NCBI RefSeq assembly: GCF_964204645.1
Contig: NC_134032.1
Location: 8,172,275-8,236,274 of the forward strand
Source: Tubulanus polymorphus
Taxonomy: Eukaryota; Animalia; Nemertea
Reading direction: 5' to 3'
DNA: 64,000 bases
Part shown: piece by piece, positions 11,396-23,010 of the stretch
How the letters are laid out: every line of letters starts with the position of its first letter
Position numbering within the stretch: position 1 is the first letter of the stretch
Position numbers and translations under genes: made by a program
Notes under the pieces: model-generated
What the model saw: only the letters and a program-made list of their open reading frames with translations
Told to the model about the DNA's origin: nothing
Database searches by the model: none

Positions 11396-12328
11396 TTATT
11401 CGAGTTTTAGATAATCACTTTCTGAATCACTTTCACTATCAGACGGCTCTAACAACATATTTAAATGCTCTACCGAATCTACATCACCATCTTTATAATT
11501 TTTTTTCACCTTTTTCACCTTTTTCACCTTTTTTACCAAATCATCAATAGTTGTTTCATTTTTAAACTTATTCATCCAATCAAATTTATCATTATTTTCT
11601 ACTTTATGTTTTATAGAATCTTTATTATCAATATGTTTAACTGTAACTATATCATCATGTGGGTCATGTGGGTGTATGACATCATTTTCATTATCATCTT
11701 TATTAGTGTTTGCTCCTAATATTTCATTTACAGTGTTTGATCCTAATATTTCATTAGCATCGGTTAAATCTAATTCATCTCTATTAGGTGTTGCTAATAA
11801 AAAATCTTTATATAATTCTTTACCATTTACTTTTTGATTTGAAACAAACTTCGTAACATATCTAAATGGGTGTTCTATAAATTCTCTTAAACCAACACGT
11901 TCTATAACATTAGTAATATGTACCTTTGTATTCATATGTTTATTCCAATTTGATGGAGCGTTTGAAAATTCACCATTACAATAACCACAATAATTTCTAT
12001 TTTCACTAACATCTAATATTATTGCATTATTATATGTAGAAGGTATTACGTTATTAGATGTAGAAGGTATTACAGATGTAGTAGTAGGTATTACAGATGT
12101 AGTAGGTATTACAGATGTAGTAGTAGGTATTACAGATGTAGTAGTAGGTATTACATTATTATTAACAACACCACTTTTATTATTATCGATTTCTATCAGT
12201 TTAGTTTTATAATTTTTAAAAATAGGATTAAATATCAAAGCTATATTACAAGGTATTACATAATATAAACCATCATTATTTTCATGTGTATCGATGTATG
12301 GAATATGTTTATATACTTTACCTTCCAT
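11396..12328 (-). CDS. Polinton protein with Zn finger and TTSVIP repeats, 310 aa
   Basis: CGYC...HMNTKVH; tandem VIPTT(T)S repeats; TAAATG start. Confidence 0.75.
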   Translation of the reverse strand: MEGKVYKHIPYIDTHENNDGLYYVIPCNIALIFNPIFKNYKTKLIEIDNNKSGVVNNNVIPTTTSVIPTTTSVIPTTSVIPTTTSVIPSTSNNVIPSTYNNAIILDVSENRNYCGYCNGEFSNAPSNWNKHMNTKVHITNVIERVGLREFIEHPFRYVTKFVSNQKVNGKELYKDFLLATPNRDELDLTDANEILGSNTVNEILGANTNKDDNENDVIHPHDPHDDIVTVKHIDNKDSIKHKVENNDKFDWMNKFKNETTIDDLVKKVKKVKKVKKNYKDGDVDSVEHLNMLLEPSDSESDSESDYLKLE

Positions 12329-12360
12329 TTATTATATATATTTTTATTAAAGTTAAAATT

Positions 12361-13608
12361 TTAATACATAACACTATCTAATTGTGAATTTATAATATTT
12401 AATTGTGCGTCAGATATAATATAAATATGCATTTTAAAATTTTTGATTCCCTTTTTCTTTGTCATGAATAATTGTATTCCATCTTTAGTGTTTTGTAGTT
12501 TTTTTCCAGAACCATGTAATAAGTTATCTTCAGTTGTTCTAAAATCTAACCATAATGCATATTTATTACCGGTATAATAATCAATTTGATTAATGTTACA
12601 ATTTTCAAATGATTTTATTTTTTCATTCATAAAATGTTTTTTAATTTCTACCCATTGATCTATCATTCTCATTCCTTGACAAAATATTTTATTTGCTATT
12701 CCTTCGATAGTTATTTCTACTTTTGTTATTTCAGGATTATAATAATTGTCAACATTTATTGCACCATTAGTATACGTTCCAATGGTAAAAAATATTAATA
12801 TACCTTTAATAGATCTTCTAGGGAAGTTAATATTCTCATTAATTATTTCATCATTTGCATTAATAGTTACAGTTTTAAATTTATCAATATAATCATATAA
12901 TAATGAAAACCCTTGATTATATTTAGTTTGAATTATACTTGAAATATTTTCATCAGTTACTGTATCATATTCTAAACATATATTCGATAATTTATAACTC
13001 ATATCTTTAACAACGCTAGATAATACAATTTCATTTACAGGAGCAAATGTTATCTCAAATATAATATCTTCTTGAATTGCGTATTTATATAAAGGTGCAT
13101 TATTATTTATCAATTCAAAGTCTAATGGAATTTTATATTTGCTTCCATATATACTTTTTATCAATTTATCTACATCATTTGTTAATATTGCGCTATTAGC
13201 TTCTGATCTTAATTTATTTTGGTTTTCTGATTGGATGCCTTGAAATATCATATTATTTCTATTTTCTTTAGTTAACCATAAATCTTTATAATGCATAAAT
13301 AAATTATAATCATCTAATGAGAAAACTGTTTCCGGACCAATCTTTATTGTTAACTTTTTAATCAAATATCTTCCAACATTATCAACAACATAATTATTAT
13401 TATTACCGATTACTTTTATATCAGCTGATAAATAAATACTATTTGGAACATAAAAAGTATTTTGTGTTAATCTCGGAATTCTAACGTATAAAGTTTCATC
13501 GGGATTAATATTTGAAGGGTTATGAGTAATTATATGATGTGATCTTTCTGCTTTAATAGCATTAGATATTCTAGAAATCTTCGAAGGACTTATATAACTC
13601 CCACTCAT
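12361..13608 (-). CDS. Major capsid protein (double jelly-roll, hexon-like), 415 aa
   Basis: Size and beta-strand-rich pattern; motifs NPSNI...LYVRIP, LSNICLEYD, PRRSIKGIL, YALWLDFR as I recall them from animal Polinton MCPs; genomic context. Confidence 0.8.
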   Translation of the reverse strand: MSGSYISPSKISRISNAIKAERSHHIITHNPSNINPDETLYVRIPRLTQNTFYVPNSIYLSADIKVIGNNNNYVVDNVGRYLIKKLTIKIGPETVFSLDDYNLFMHYKDLWLTKENRNNMIFQGIQSENQNKLRSEANSAILTNDVDKLIKSIYGSKYKIPLDFELINNNAPLYKYAIQEDIIFEITFAPVNEIVLSSVVKDMSYKLSNICLEYDTVTDENISSIIQTKYNQGFSLLYDYIDKFKTVTINANDEIINENINFPRRSIKGILIFFTIGTYTNGAINVDNYYNPEITKVEITIEGIANKIFCQGMRMIDQWVEIKKHFMNEKIKSFENCNINQIDYYTGNKYALWLDFRTTEDNLLHGSGKKLQNTKDGIQLFMTKKKGIKNFKMHIYIISDAQLNIINSQLDSVMY

Positions 13609-13628
13609 TTATTTAACAAAAAAAATTA
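13606..13628 (-). promoter_or_regulatory. Poxvirus-late-like promoter of the MCP gene (representative of the T-run class)
   Basis: TAATTTTTTTT-GTTAAA-TAAATG; same layout before 14932, 16337, 16788, 17230, 17476 and 17818. Confidence 0.6.
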
Positions 13629-13650
13629 ATTATTTATTTTTTATCATGGT

Positions 13651-14932
13651 TTACTTGATATTTTTTGATATCATATTTACTAACCCAAAAATAATAGCAC
13701 TTACAACTGTAATTAAAAATAAAATAATATGTTCAGCAGCAAAGTTAATAATGTTTCCTGCAGATTTCAATATAAAACCAACAATTGAAGCAATAACTCC
13801 TGGCAATGCTGCAGCAGATTTTTTAGATAGTTCCCATAAATATTTTGCTAATTTTTTTAAACCATCTTTAACTTTATCTTATGTTATATTCTAAATCATC
13901 TTTTTCTTTTTCTAAATATGCATTTCATTTTTTAAATTCAATTTCTTCAATAACTTTATTATCTCTATCTAATTTTAGTTGTTCTATTTCTTTATTTTTA
14001 TCAGTTCTATCTTTTTCTAAAAATCTAATTTTAATATCTCTTTTACTTTTTTCATGCGCAATTTTATCAGCTGATTCTTGCATACCTTTAATTTCTCTAC
14101 GTGTTTGTTCAGGAAATGATTCTAATTCATCAGCTGATAAATCAAGTAATCCTTTTTCTAGTAAAGATTGTATTCGATTTATTCCAGCACTATTCATCTC
14201 TTCGTCAAATGAATCTCTTAATCTATCAATTTGTTTTTCTAATACTAATTGTAATTGACTTGAATCATTATCAATTTGTTGAGTGTCTCTTCTCGATGTT
14301 TCGGGTGTTGAAGATCTTAATTTATCTCTATTCTCTTCCATTTCCGTTTCTGGATTATTATCGATTATTTCAAATAATTCATTAATTCTTTGTTTAAATT
14401 CTTTTCTATTATTATCTCTTTCTTCTTGTGTAACATCATTTATTTCATTTCTATTACTTATTCTCTTAATTCTATCTGGTTCTAACTTAAGCAAAGTTGA
14501 TTCTGCTAATATTATATTTTGAGTTTTATAAGAGATGTTAATATAATAATCATCTTTCAATTTATAATAATATTCACCATCTAAATATTTTAATTCTTTT
14601 ACTAAAAGTCTGGCACCTCTGTAATTTATATTATATCCAGATTTTTCAAATACATCTTGAAACTTATATATAAATTTATTATTTTCTATATCTTCTTTTG
14701 ATAAACCTGGAATTTCATTTTCAGGATTTATTCTCGATCTAGTTCTTCTATCAAATTCATCTGTTGATGGGGCTTTAGAACCACTATCTGCTAAATTAGA
14801 ATTATATGCTGATTCATCATCATTATCAATATTAGTTTCATTAAAATCAGGTTGTGGTTCATCATCAATATATCCTTCATTATTATTTCCCATTTCTCCC
14901 ATTTCATAATCTTCTCCACCTTCTACATCCAT
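13651..14932 (-). pseudogene. Polinton acidic/coiled-coil protein with hydrophobic C-terminus, disrupted
   Basis: The 335-aa ORF stops at 13925. The tail DKVKDGLKKLAKYLW...AAALPGVIASIVGFIL...KNIK* continues in another frame to 13651. Confidence 0.7.
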
Positions 14933-14948
14933 TTACATAATAAAAAAA

Positions 14949-16337
14949 TTAAAATTTAAAATATAATATTCCTCCGATTACAATTCCTATACAAGTTATA
15001 GCTAATTTAGTATTTTCATGTGATTTATTATCATCATTTAGTTTAATTATATCATGTTGAATTTTATCAGTTTTTATATCTTCTGATGTATTGTAATCTT
15101 TTATTTTGGAATCATTATTTAATTTAATATTCTTAGTTTTAGTTTCTGTTGATTGAATATGTTTTTTATTTTTTTCACCTTCCATTAATTTTGGGGCAGT
15201 GATAATCTTTTTATTTATATCATTTAACCCAAATGAATTATTTATTGTTGCAGTTTTAATTAGATTATTATAACCAATTATATTTCCCATCTTTAATACT
15301 AAATCATTAGAAATAATTAATAGATTAGGGCCTATACAATAATTAAGTCTTACATGAGATTTATCTAAATAATTTTGATATCTTATAATGTTTTCTGGAA
15401 TCGATCTATTTTTATCATTATGAATTGAATCTTCAAATAAAACTTTAAATTGTTTTTGTGTATCAAATGATGTATTCAAATTTCCAATTATCGGTGATCT
15501 TGTTTCAACTTGCGCACCTAAAATACAAATCAAATAAGTTCTAATAGATTGATTTATTCTTTCTATACCTGATTTAGTAAAACCTTCACTATTTTCTAAA
15601 ATAAAATAAACCCAACCATTATTGTTTTCTTGTTTTAAATGATCATAAAATTTCGGTAATTTATTGAAATTTAATGTTTCTAAATCCTTTGTTTCTATTT
15701 TACCATAACCTAATTTATTATTATAGATATTATAAAGGCTATTAGATGGTATGGGAAGTGCACAATATTCTGCAATCTTTTTAGGGCAAGGAAGTGATCT
15801 TATTGTTCCAATTTTTGTTCTAAAATCAGAATTATTTATATCTATATTAAATTCATTGCAAATCTTATAAAACTTAGATAAATTAATATTATTATCTAAT
15901 TCTTTGAAATACCTAGATCCTGGTAAAGCGCACTCTAATTCATTTAATATTATTCTGATTTGAAAGTATGTATGAAATCTAAATAAACTTTGAATTAATT
16001 TATATTTAGAATTATTCAAATGATCATTCCAACTAATTCCACATCCTGTTGTTGCACAATAAACAGCAAAATTTAATTTATTCTGCCAATACTTCATATT
16101 AGATTTTAATAACCATTGTTTTTCATCTTTCAATTTTTTAAAATTAATTAAATATACATGAAATATATTTTCCATCTTTGCATTAAAATTATTAGTTTCA
16201 GTAACATAAATTTCTAAATTAGTTAATGAATCTAAAACTTCATTTCTATATGTAATATCTTTATTAAAATCTATTGCTGGAATATTATATTTAATTGATT
16301 TATTATATCGGAAAGCTTTTGGAAAACAATCTACCAT
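14949..16337 (-). CDS. Polinton hypothetical protein with C-terminal TM anchor, 462 aa
   Basis: Intact ORF; NFAVYCATTGCGIS and FRFHTYFQIR blocks; C-terminal LAITCIGIVIGGILYF. Confidence 0.8.
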   Translation of the reverse strand: MVDCFPKAFRYNKSIKYNIPAIDFNKDITYRNEVLDSLTNLEIYVTETNNFNAKMENIFHVYLINFKKLKDEKQWLLKSNMKYWQNKLNFAVYCATTGCGISWNDHLNNSKYKLIQSLFRFHTYFQIRIILNELECALPGSRYFKELDNNINLSKFYKICNEFNIDINNSDFRTKIGTIRSLPCPKKIAEYCALPIPSNSLYNIYNNKLGYGKIETKDLETLNFNKLPKFYDHLKQENNNGWVYFILENSEGFTKSGIERINQSIRTYLICILGAQVETRSPIIGNLNTSFDTQKQFKVLFEDSIHNDKNRSIPENIIRYQNYLDKSHVRLNYCIGPNLLIISNDLVLKMGNIIGYNNLIKTATINNSFGLNDINKKIITAPKLMEGEKNKKHIQSTETKTKNIKLNNDSKIKDYNTSEDIKTDKIQHDIIKLNDDNKSHENTKLAITCIGIVIGGILYFKF

Positions 16338-16353
16338 TTATATAATTAAAAAA

Positions 16354-16788
16354 TTAATAATTTATTAATTCTTTTAATAATTTATCTTGTTCTTCAACTG
16401 TTATATGACCATTTAAACTTATTATATAATCTAGTGTGTTCTTTAATTTATTAATTTCTTTTATATTAGTTTTAATTTTTTCTTTATTACTTTTTATATT
16501 TAATTTTGAACTTATACCAGTTAAAACACTTGAACTTAATCCTAATACACCAATTGATATAGCTAATGGTGTTAATGGGCTGAATATTGCTAGAAATGTT
16601 ATTACAGAACTAATTGTAACCGAACCACTTATAATCAAATAATATATAATTTTACTTTTTAGATATTTTTTCTTTTTTATCTTTAAGTCACTTTCAAATT
16701 CTAATATTTGTTTTTCTAAATATATTTTTAATTTAGTTTTATTTATATCATGAGGAATAATATCAATTCTATCAACTTTATCTTCCAT
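16354..16788 (-). CDS. Polinton two-TM membrane protein, 144 aa
   Basis: Central hydrophobic hairpin; TAAATG start. Confidence 0.75.
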   Translation of the reverse strand: MEDKVDRIDIIPHDINKTKLKIYLEKQILEFESDLKIKKKKYLKSKIIYYLIISGSVTISSVITFLAIFSPLTPLAISIGVLGLSSSVLTGISSKLNIKSNKEKIKTNIKEINKLKNTLDYIISLNGHITVEEQDKLLKELINY

Positions 16789-16807
16789 TTATTTAGAATA
16801 AAAAATA

Positions 16808-17230
16808 CTAATTAGTAAACTTATAAGCAACAAATATAACAATAACTGTTCCACCTAAAATCCATATTATTTCATATTTCTGTTGTTCTTTACTTGGGGT
16901 ATAATAATCTGATAATTTAGGTTTGTATAGATGTAATTTTTCTTTATTTGTTACTGCGTTATATAAACTCATTGCATCATCAACTGATTGAAAATCTCTA
17001 TGTGAAATCTTCTGATCATATAATTCTTTGTTAATATAATCCATATAGTTTTGCCTCTTTTCTCTATATTCTTCTGCAGCTTTATTGTATTTCTCTAACG
17101 CTAAGTTATGTCTTCTTTGTTCTCCTAATGAACTATTTTTATCAATATGTTTAAATAAATAACCACCACCAGTAAATGCTAAAGCGTTAACGATTGCCGA
17201 TCCTATAATAGTTATAATTGCAGAAGCCAT
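16808..17230 (-). CDS. Polinton small protein with hydrophobic ends and EQRRHN motif, 140 aa
   Basis: Intact ORF; TAAATG start. Confidence 0.78.
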   Translation of the reverse strand: MASAIITIIGSAIVNALAFTGGGYLFKHIDKNSSLGEQRRHNLALEKYNKAAEEYREKRQNYMDYINKELYDQKISHRDFQSVDDAMSLYNAVTNKEKLHLYKPKLSDYYTPSKEQQKYEIIWILGGTVIVIFVAYKFTN

Positions 17231-17254
17231 TTATTTAACAAAAAAATTATGTAT

Positions 17255-17476
17255 TTATATGGGAGGAATATATTTTTGTTTTTCCAAATAATCAATAGTT
17301 AAATTAGATAAAGTAACTGCTAATGTTAACTTTAAAATATCATTGATATCAAATCTATCAACATTAACACTTCCCATTTTGAATACTTTTTTTAATACCA
17401 TTGAATAACCAACCGTTCCAACTGATAGTAATGGGCCATTGTATAATCCAGTTATTATCCACTTATTATCACTCAT
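17255..17476 (-). CDS. Polinton small hydrophobic protein, 73 aa
   Basis: Tightly packed ORF with T-run/TAAATG start. Confidence 0.68.
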   Translation of the reverse strand: MSDNKWIITGLYNGPLLSVGTVGYSMVLKKVFKMGSVNVDRFDINDILKLTLAVTLSNLTIDYLEKQKYIPPI

Positions 17477-17818
17477 TTATTTATCAAAAAAATTACTATC
17501 ATCAAAATATTTAGTTAACTTATTTATGATTAATTCAACATTTATTTCATTACTAGTTTTATGATTATCATATATTTTGGTTAATATGTTTTTAATATCT
17601 TCAATAATTCCATCTTCATTTAATTCATAATATTCTAAAGGTGATTTAATTAAATCAATTACTTTTTCTATATTATACTTTTCTTTATCAATCATTGACG
17701 CATTGTTAAATGATTTACTTTTTATATCAGTAATTACGTCATTTAGTTTAATTCTCATTTCTTTACCATGTTTAAAATCAAACCCAAAACATATACTCGG
17801 TCCAACAGTTATATTCAT
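17477..17818 (-). CDS. Polinton hypothetical protein, 113 aa
   Basis: Tightly packed ORF with T-run/TAAATG start. Confidence 0.68.
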   Translation of the reverse strand: MNITVGPSICFGFDFKHGKEMRIKLNDVITDIKSKSFNNASMIDKEKYNIEKVIDLIKSPLEYYELNEDGIIEDIKNILTKIYDNHKTSNEINVELIINKLTKYFDDSNFFDK

Positions 17819-17835
17819 TTATATAGTGAAAAAAA

Positions 17836-18594
17836 TTACTCTTTACATCTTATAACTAATTCATAAATAACAGGGAAATTATTTAAATCAATTAAGTATC
17901 CATTATGATTTCTAATTTCTAATCTAAAATTATTAAAACTAGGAATGCATGGTTTGAAATCACATTCTGTTAAATTATAATTTATTTGCGTTCCAAATTC
18001 TTTAACATTTTTTAATGGTAAAATATTTAATATACTAGAATTACATGTTGTATCTTTAGTTGCTTCAAATGTTTTTGTTGGGTCAATTAAATTGCAATAA
18101 ATATAAAAATGTGTAAAAGGTATTATATTTGAAATACCTTCTACGTTTACTGTAACAACATCTGGTTCAATTCCTAGCAATTTAGCTATAGGTTTTTTTA
18201 CCATAAATGCATGTTGACTTTCATCAAATACCTTTATTTTAATTCTATTTGAGCTATCACTTTTTATAAATCTTATTAAAAATTTATCATCTTTTCTAAT
18301 TTTCAACCGTGCTCTACGATTAATTTCTTGAGATAATGTTTCTAAATTATATAATCCTGGTCTTAGAAATAGATGAAACCATTTATTTACATTTCTAATA
18401 TGAATTAAAAAAGTATTATGTTCAATAGTTTTATTCGATATATTATAAAAAGAATTACATAAACTTATATTTACTAATTTTAAATCTACACAATTCTTGA
18501 ATTCTCTATCTAATTGTACTAATAAATTATGACATTTATAATTTGTAAGTTTTCTAGAATCTACAAATATTCTGTATTCTTTTAATTCTACCAT
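17836..18594 (-). CDS. Minor capsid protein (penton, single jelly-roll), 252 aa
   Basis: PGLYN, FYIYCNLI, SSILNILP and FRLEIRNHNGYLIDLN pattern typical of Polinton pentons. Confidence 0.75.
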   Translation of the reverse strand: MVELKEYRIFVDSRKLTNYKCHNLLVQLDREFKNCVDLKLVNISLCNSFYNISNKTIEHNTFLIHIRNVNKWFHLFLRPGLYNLETLSQEINRRARLKIRKDDKFLIRFIKSDSSNRIKIKVFDESQHAFMVKKPIAKLLGIEPDVVTVNVEGISNIIPFTHFYIYCNLIDPTKTFEATKDTTCNSSILNILPLKNVKEFGTQINYNLTECDFKPCIPSFNNFRLEIRNHNGYLIDLNNFPVIYELVIRCKE

Positions 18595-18611
18595 TTATTT
18601 TACATATTTTC

Positions 18612-18953
18612 TTATTCGAAATCAATATCGTGATGCCCTTTTTCATTCTTACCTTTGTATACGAAATAGAAATCTCCAGAACATAATTCTTCTAGATCTT
18701 CACTTGATAATCTATGAAATCTATCTGGTAAATATGTTCTGAATTTATATGTATTTCCTTTTAATCCTTCATATTCTAAATGAATTACTAATTTATCTCC
18801 ATATTTATTAGTAATTGTTTCAATGTTAGTAATTAAATATTTCTTGTGAATTGTTAATTCTGTTAACTTTTTGAATTTATAATCTACAGATTTAACGCTT
18901 GAAGTATCTTTAATTCTATCTAAGAATTCACTGTGTACTTGTTTACTCTCCAT
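18612..18953 (-). CDS. Small beta-rich protein next to pPolB (possible OB-fold SSB), 113 aa
   Basis: FKKLTEL...TNKYG...YLPDRF...VYKG; function is inference. Confidence 0.65.
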   Translation of the reverse strand: MESKQVHSEFLDRIKDTSSVKSVDYKFKKLTELTIHKKYLITNIETITNKYGDKLVIHLEYEGLKGNTYKFRTYLPDRFHRLSSEDLEELCSGDFYFVYKGKNEKGHHDIDFE

Positions 18954-18970
18954 TTATTATACAAATTTTT
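18951..18970 (-). promoter_or_regulatory. A-run promoter class (AAAA + 12 nt + ATG), representative copy
   Basis: AAAAA-TTTGTATAA-TAAATG; identical spacing before 6210, 12328, 18594 and pPolB. Confidence 0.55.
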
Positions 18971-18981
18971 ATTGAAATTGA

Positions 18982-21900
18982 TTAACACGCTAGAATCCTT
19001 TTCATAATCTCATTTTCTTTTGTTTCTTCTCTTTTGAATTTTATATATTCATCTAAATTGCAACCATAGGCGACTGTGTGGATTCCATCATCTAAAATAT
19101 ATCTTTTATCATCAAATGGGTTTAGACTTATCTTCTCTATCTCTTCAATATACATTTCATGATCTTCAGATCTTAAACATTTCATCTTATGTTTTCTAAC
19201 TTCTTCATTAAATATACAATTGATGCAATCTTTAAAATGAATATTCTTTTCAACAACGCTTTTGGTAATTCCTTTTAACTTTTTAGCTTCATGAGTTTTG
19301 GTTTTATATGAATACATTTTAGATCTAATACCAATGAACTCTATCATTTCTTCACCACCTAATTCATCCTTAAACTTCCCAGGAACTTTTTTATTATCAT
19401 TGCTAAACAATTCATGATCTTTAGGATAGTTACTAAAATCAAAATGATGTTTTAATGTTTTTAAATCATCTGTTATGTTATCAGTTTTTATCTTTAATAT
19501 GTAACTGTCAGTATCAAAGTATAGAATTTCTATGTGTTTTTCTCCAAAATGGGGTTGTAATATGTTATAGTAAAATTTATACATTAATAACTTTGATAAT
19601 TCTAAAACCGATGCACCAACATAAATAGGTTTATTGAACTTCATAGAAGTTCTCCTCATTTTAACTGCTGCTAAATTTTCATCAAATATTCTGTTACCTA
19701 TAAACTTAGGATATGATTGTAAATGCCTTATCCTTTTACCATTACTAACTTACTCAATATCATTTCTATTTCTTATGTTTTCACAAGTCTTACCATAGAA
19801 TGCATTATTCATTAGTTTGAAGAAATCTTTCTCGAAATCAGTTTTAGCTTCAGTTCTCTGTGTAGTATTAAAATCTATATATTTTTCTAACCATTTAGAT
19901 TGACTGAATGAAATATATCTATGTACTTTTTTTAGAATCATTCCTTGATTCAAATAAAACTTCAACATTCTATAATGCACAACGTAATTATATTTATCTT
20001 CTTGAGTTACCATTAACTTTTCAGTATGAATATGATTATCGGGTTTAATTCTTTTTTGATAATTTGATAATTCTTCATGTTTAACAGTTTTATGTTCGGG
20101 ACAATATGCTAGATTTCTAGATTTGAATTTAATATTTTCAGGATATTCTAAATCTACAACGAAGAAGTAACCAATATCTGAATCATCTGCAATATCTAGA
20201 ATTCTTTTCTTCCAATCAAATTTATCAATTTGTAAAACTTCAGTTATTTCAAACATCCCATAAGGTTGTGGTTCCATCATTGCCCAACCATACAAATTAT
20301 TTGCATCTATATATAATAACTTATATCCAGGGTTATCATTTACATTGAAATATCTATCACCTAATACACCTGAAACTCCTCCTCTTATAGATTTTTCAAA
20401 TAATAGTAATTGATCTATATTTGTTAACAAATCCATTTTTATATCTGTAAATTTTAATCCACAATCCCATGTTAATCCTGGTGATGAATAACAATGACAA
20501 GGATCAATTTTGAAATATTTTAGGTTTACATCTCTAAACCTTTCGAATATATCGGTTAATAATAATACATCTGATTTTAAATATAAATCTACTAATTGTC
20601 CATGATTTTTAATTTCAAAATGATTCCAAATATTCAATGTTCTATTATAAACTTCATCTTTAACATATTCATTTTTTAATTCATCATAAAATTGTTCTTT
20701 TAATAATTCAGTTATATTAAAATCATTATGATTTTTATAGAAAGAATATGGAATTGCTCCTTTATATCTCATTAATTGAAAATCATCATTATTTGGGTAA
20801 TATTCTTTTAATATCTTTAATTCATAATCAACTAATGATTTTGATAGATTGTCTAATGAACTACTTAAAAATCTATATGAATCTATAAATCTTAGACAAC
20901 CAAATTGGAATGATATATAATTCTCAGATGTTTTAGCTAACATTCTAAATTTATAAGTTGGTATTTTATCTTTTGATCTATTTGAATTTAATATTTCTAT
21001 TTCATTATTGATTTCTTCTATTTTATGACATAACTGTTTGATGAATAAATGTGCATCATATCCTGATAGGTTATGAAATATAACTGGTATAAAGTTAATT
21101 TTCTTAGCTTGTAAGTTACAATTCTCATGTGCAGCGCCTCTAAACTTTCCATTCAAATGATCATGATCTCTTACTTTTTTATCTTTATAATTAAATATCT
21201 TTTCACAATAATAACATTTATCTGCAAACGCAAATTCTTCTTTATCTTCTTCTGTCATTATAATTTCTATATTTGTATTCAATAATTTACTAAATCTTAT
21301 TTCATATTCAATTAATAAGTCACAAAAATGATTGATAACATTTTCATTTCTATAATTATAATATTCACTTTCGATTAGTTCTGGATAATTAGATTTAATA
21401 TATAACCCGAAAGCTGCAGCTGATTGATGAATCTTTTTAATTGTATTTGTTATTGGTGGTTCATCTGAATAATCACTTTCATTAGAATTTAATTTCTTTC
21501 TTTTATAATATATATCTTTTCTATCTTTATCTGTTAATTCTTTATTTAATGATTCAAAATCTCCATATATTACAAATGGTACTTTATTTTTGTAATCATA
21601 TTTTTTGAATTCTAATATTTTATCCTTTTCATTTGGTAAAACTAATTTACAATAATCATGATTATCACATAGTTGTTTATGATTTAATAATGTATTTTCA
21701 TTACTAAATTTATGTAAACATTTTCTACATAGATATATTTTATGGTGATCATTTTCTGATTTAAAAAATAAATCGATTTGTTTAATCCACATGTAATGAT
21801 TCTCATAATATAGTATATCTATAACATCATTTGAATCATAATCTTTTGATAGGTATAAAGGTTCTAATGTATAATGTTTAATATTATTTCCTTTTGTATT

Positions 21901-23010
21901 TGGTAATTTGATTAAATCAAATACATTTATCTTTATATTATTATATCTTTCTATTTTTGGAATATTTTTAATTCTAACAGGATACTTATCTATCTTATAA
22001 TTATTTTCAAATGGTTTATAATGAGTTAATCTAAAACTATGTGTAATATCTTCTGTTGGATGTAAACAACTTATTATAGCCCATAGAAAACATTTATTAT
22101 CAAAATTTTGTATATTTATTACACCATTAGTTTTAAATGGTAGTTTAATATAACTTGTTCCATTTATACTATCATCTTTATAATATGATAAATTATTTTC
22201 ATCAATTGGTTTTGATTTAGTTAACTTATTATATTTTGTGTTATAAACATGTAAAGTTATAAATATTATCTCATCAAATATTAAACCAGATCCTTCAAAA
22301 TATTTCTCTTCTATTTTAGTTTTTACTTCATTATAACATTTATCTAATTTATCATCTATATGTTGTTTAGATATAATATGTTGTGAATGAGAATTTATAT
22401 TATATATTGGTTTATCTTCAGATTTTATAAACTTTACTTTAGAAGATATACTTATTTTAGGATATTCTACGTTTGTAATTATTTTTATTATTTCTTTCAT
22501 ATTTTCTAAATGTTTTTTATTTTCTTCTAATGTTTTACCTTTATGAAATTTAAACTCGATAGCTGCTGGACCAATATCACTTTTAAATGCTTCGGTTATC
22601 TCTATATCTTTTTTATTATCTAATGAATTAATATAATTTCTTACATCTTCCATATATGGTCTTTTATTGTTTAATTTATTTTTTATTCTTTTAATTGTCT
22701 TCTGTTTCTTATCGTTATCATTATCAAAATAATCTTCACCTAAAATATCATTATTCTTATTTCTAATATGACTTATAGATTTTAAATGTTCTTTATAATA
22801 TCTTTTATCACTGAATGATTGATTACATGTATCACATTTGTATGTTTCTTTTTCATCCTTTAATTCTTCTAATTTATTTTCTAATATATCATCTTTATAC
22901 TCTAGTTTCAATTTATTCTCTAAATGTGTTATAGTTTTATTGTGTCTTGCTTTTTGGGATTTATCTATATCGATATTACATGTTGGGCAGTAGTACTTAT
23001 TTGCTTCCAT
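18982..23010 (-). pseudogene. polB: Protein-primed family B DNA polymerase (pPolB) with Zn fingers and endonuclease-VII-like insert; one nonsense codon
   Basis: ExoI YGDFES, ExoII FHNLSGYD, DANNLYG, KLMNNAFYGK, YFDTDS; RDHDH...AHENCN. ORFs 19750-23010 and 18982-19659 are in the same frame, separated only by TAA at 19750-19752. Confidence 0.95.

Noticed and set aside
13646-14522. Plus-strand ORFs within the Polinton minus-strand gene block
   Set aside because: Antisense shadows of AT-rich coding sequence.
18982-19659. Separate 225-aa gene
   Set aside because: It is the in-frame C-terminus of pPolB after a nonsense codon.
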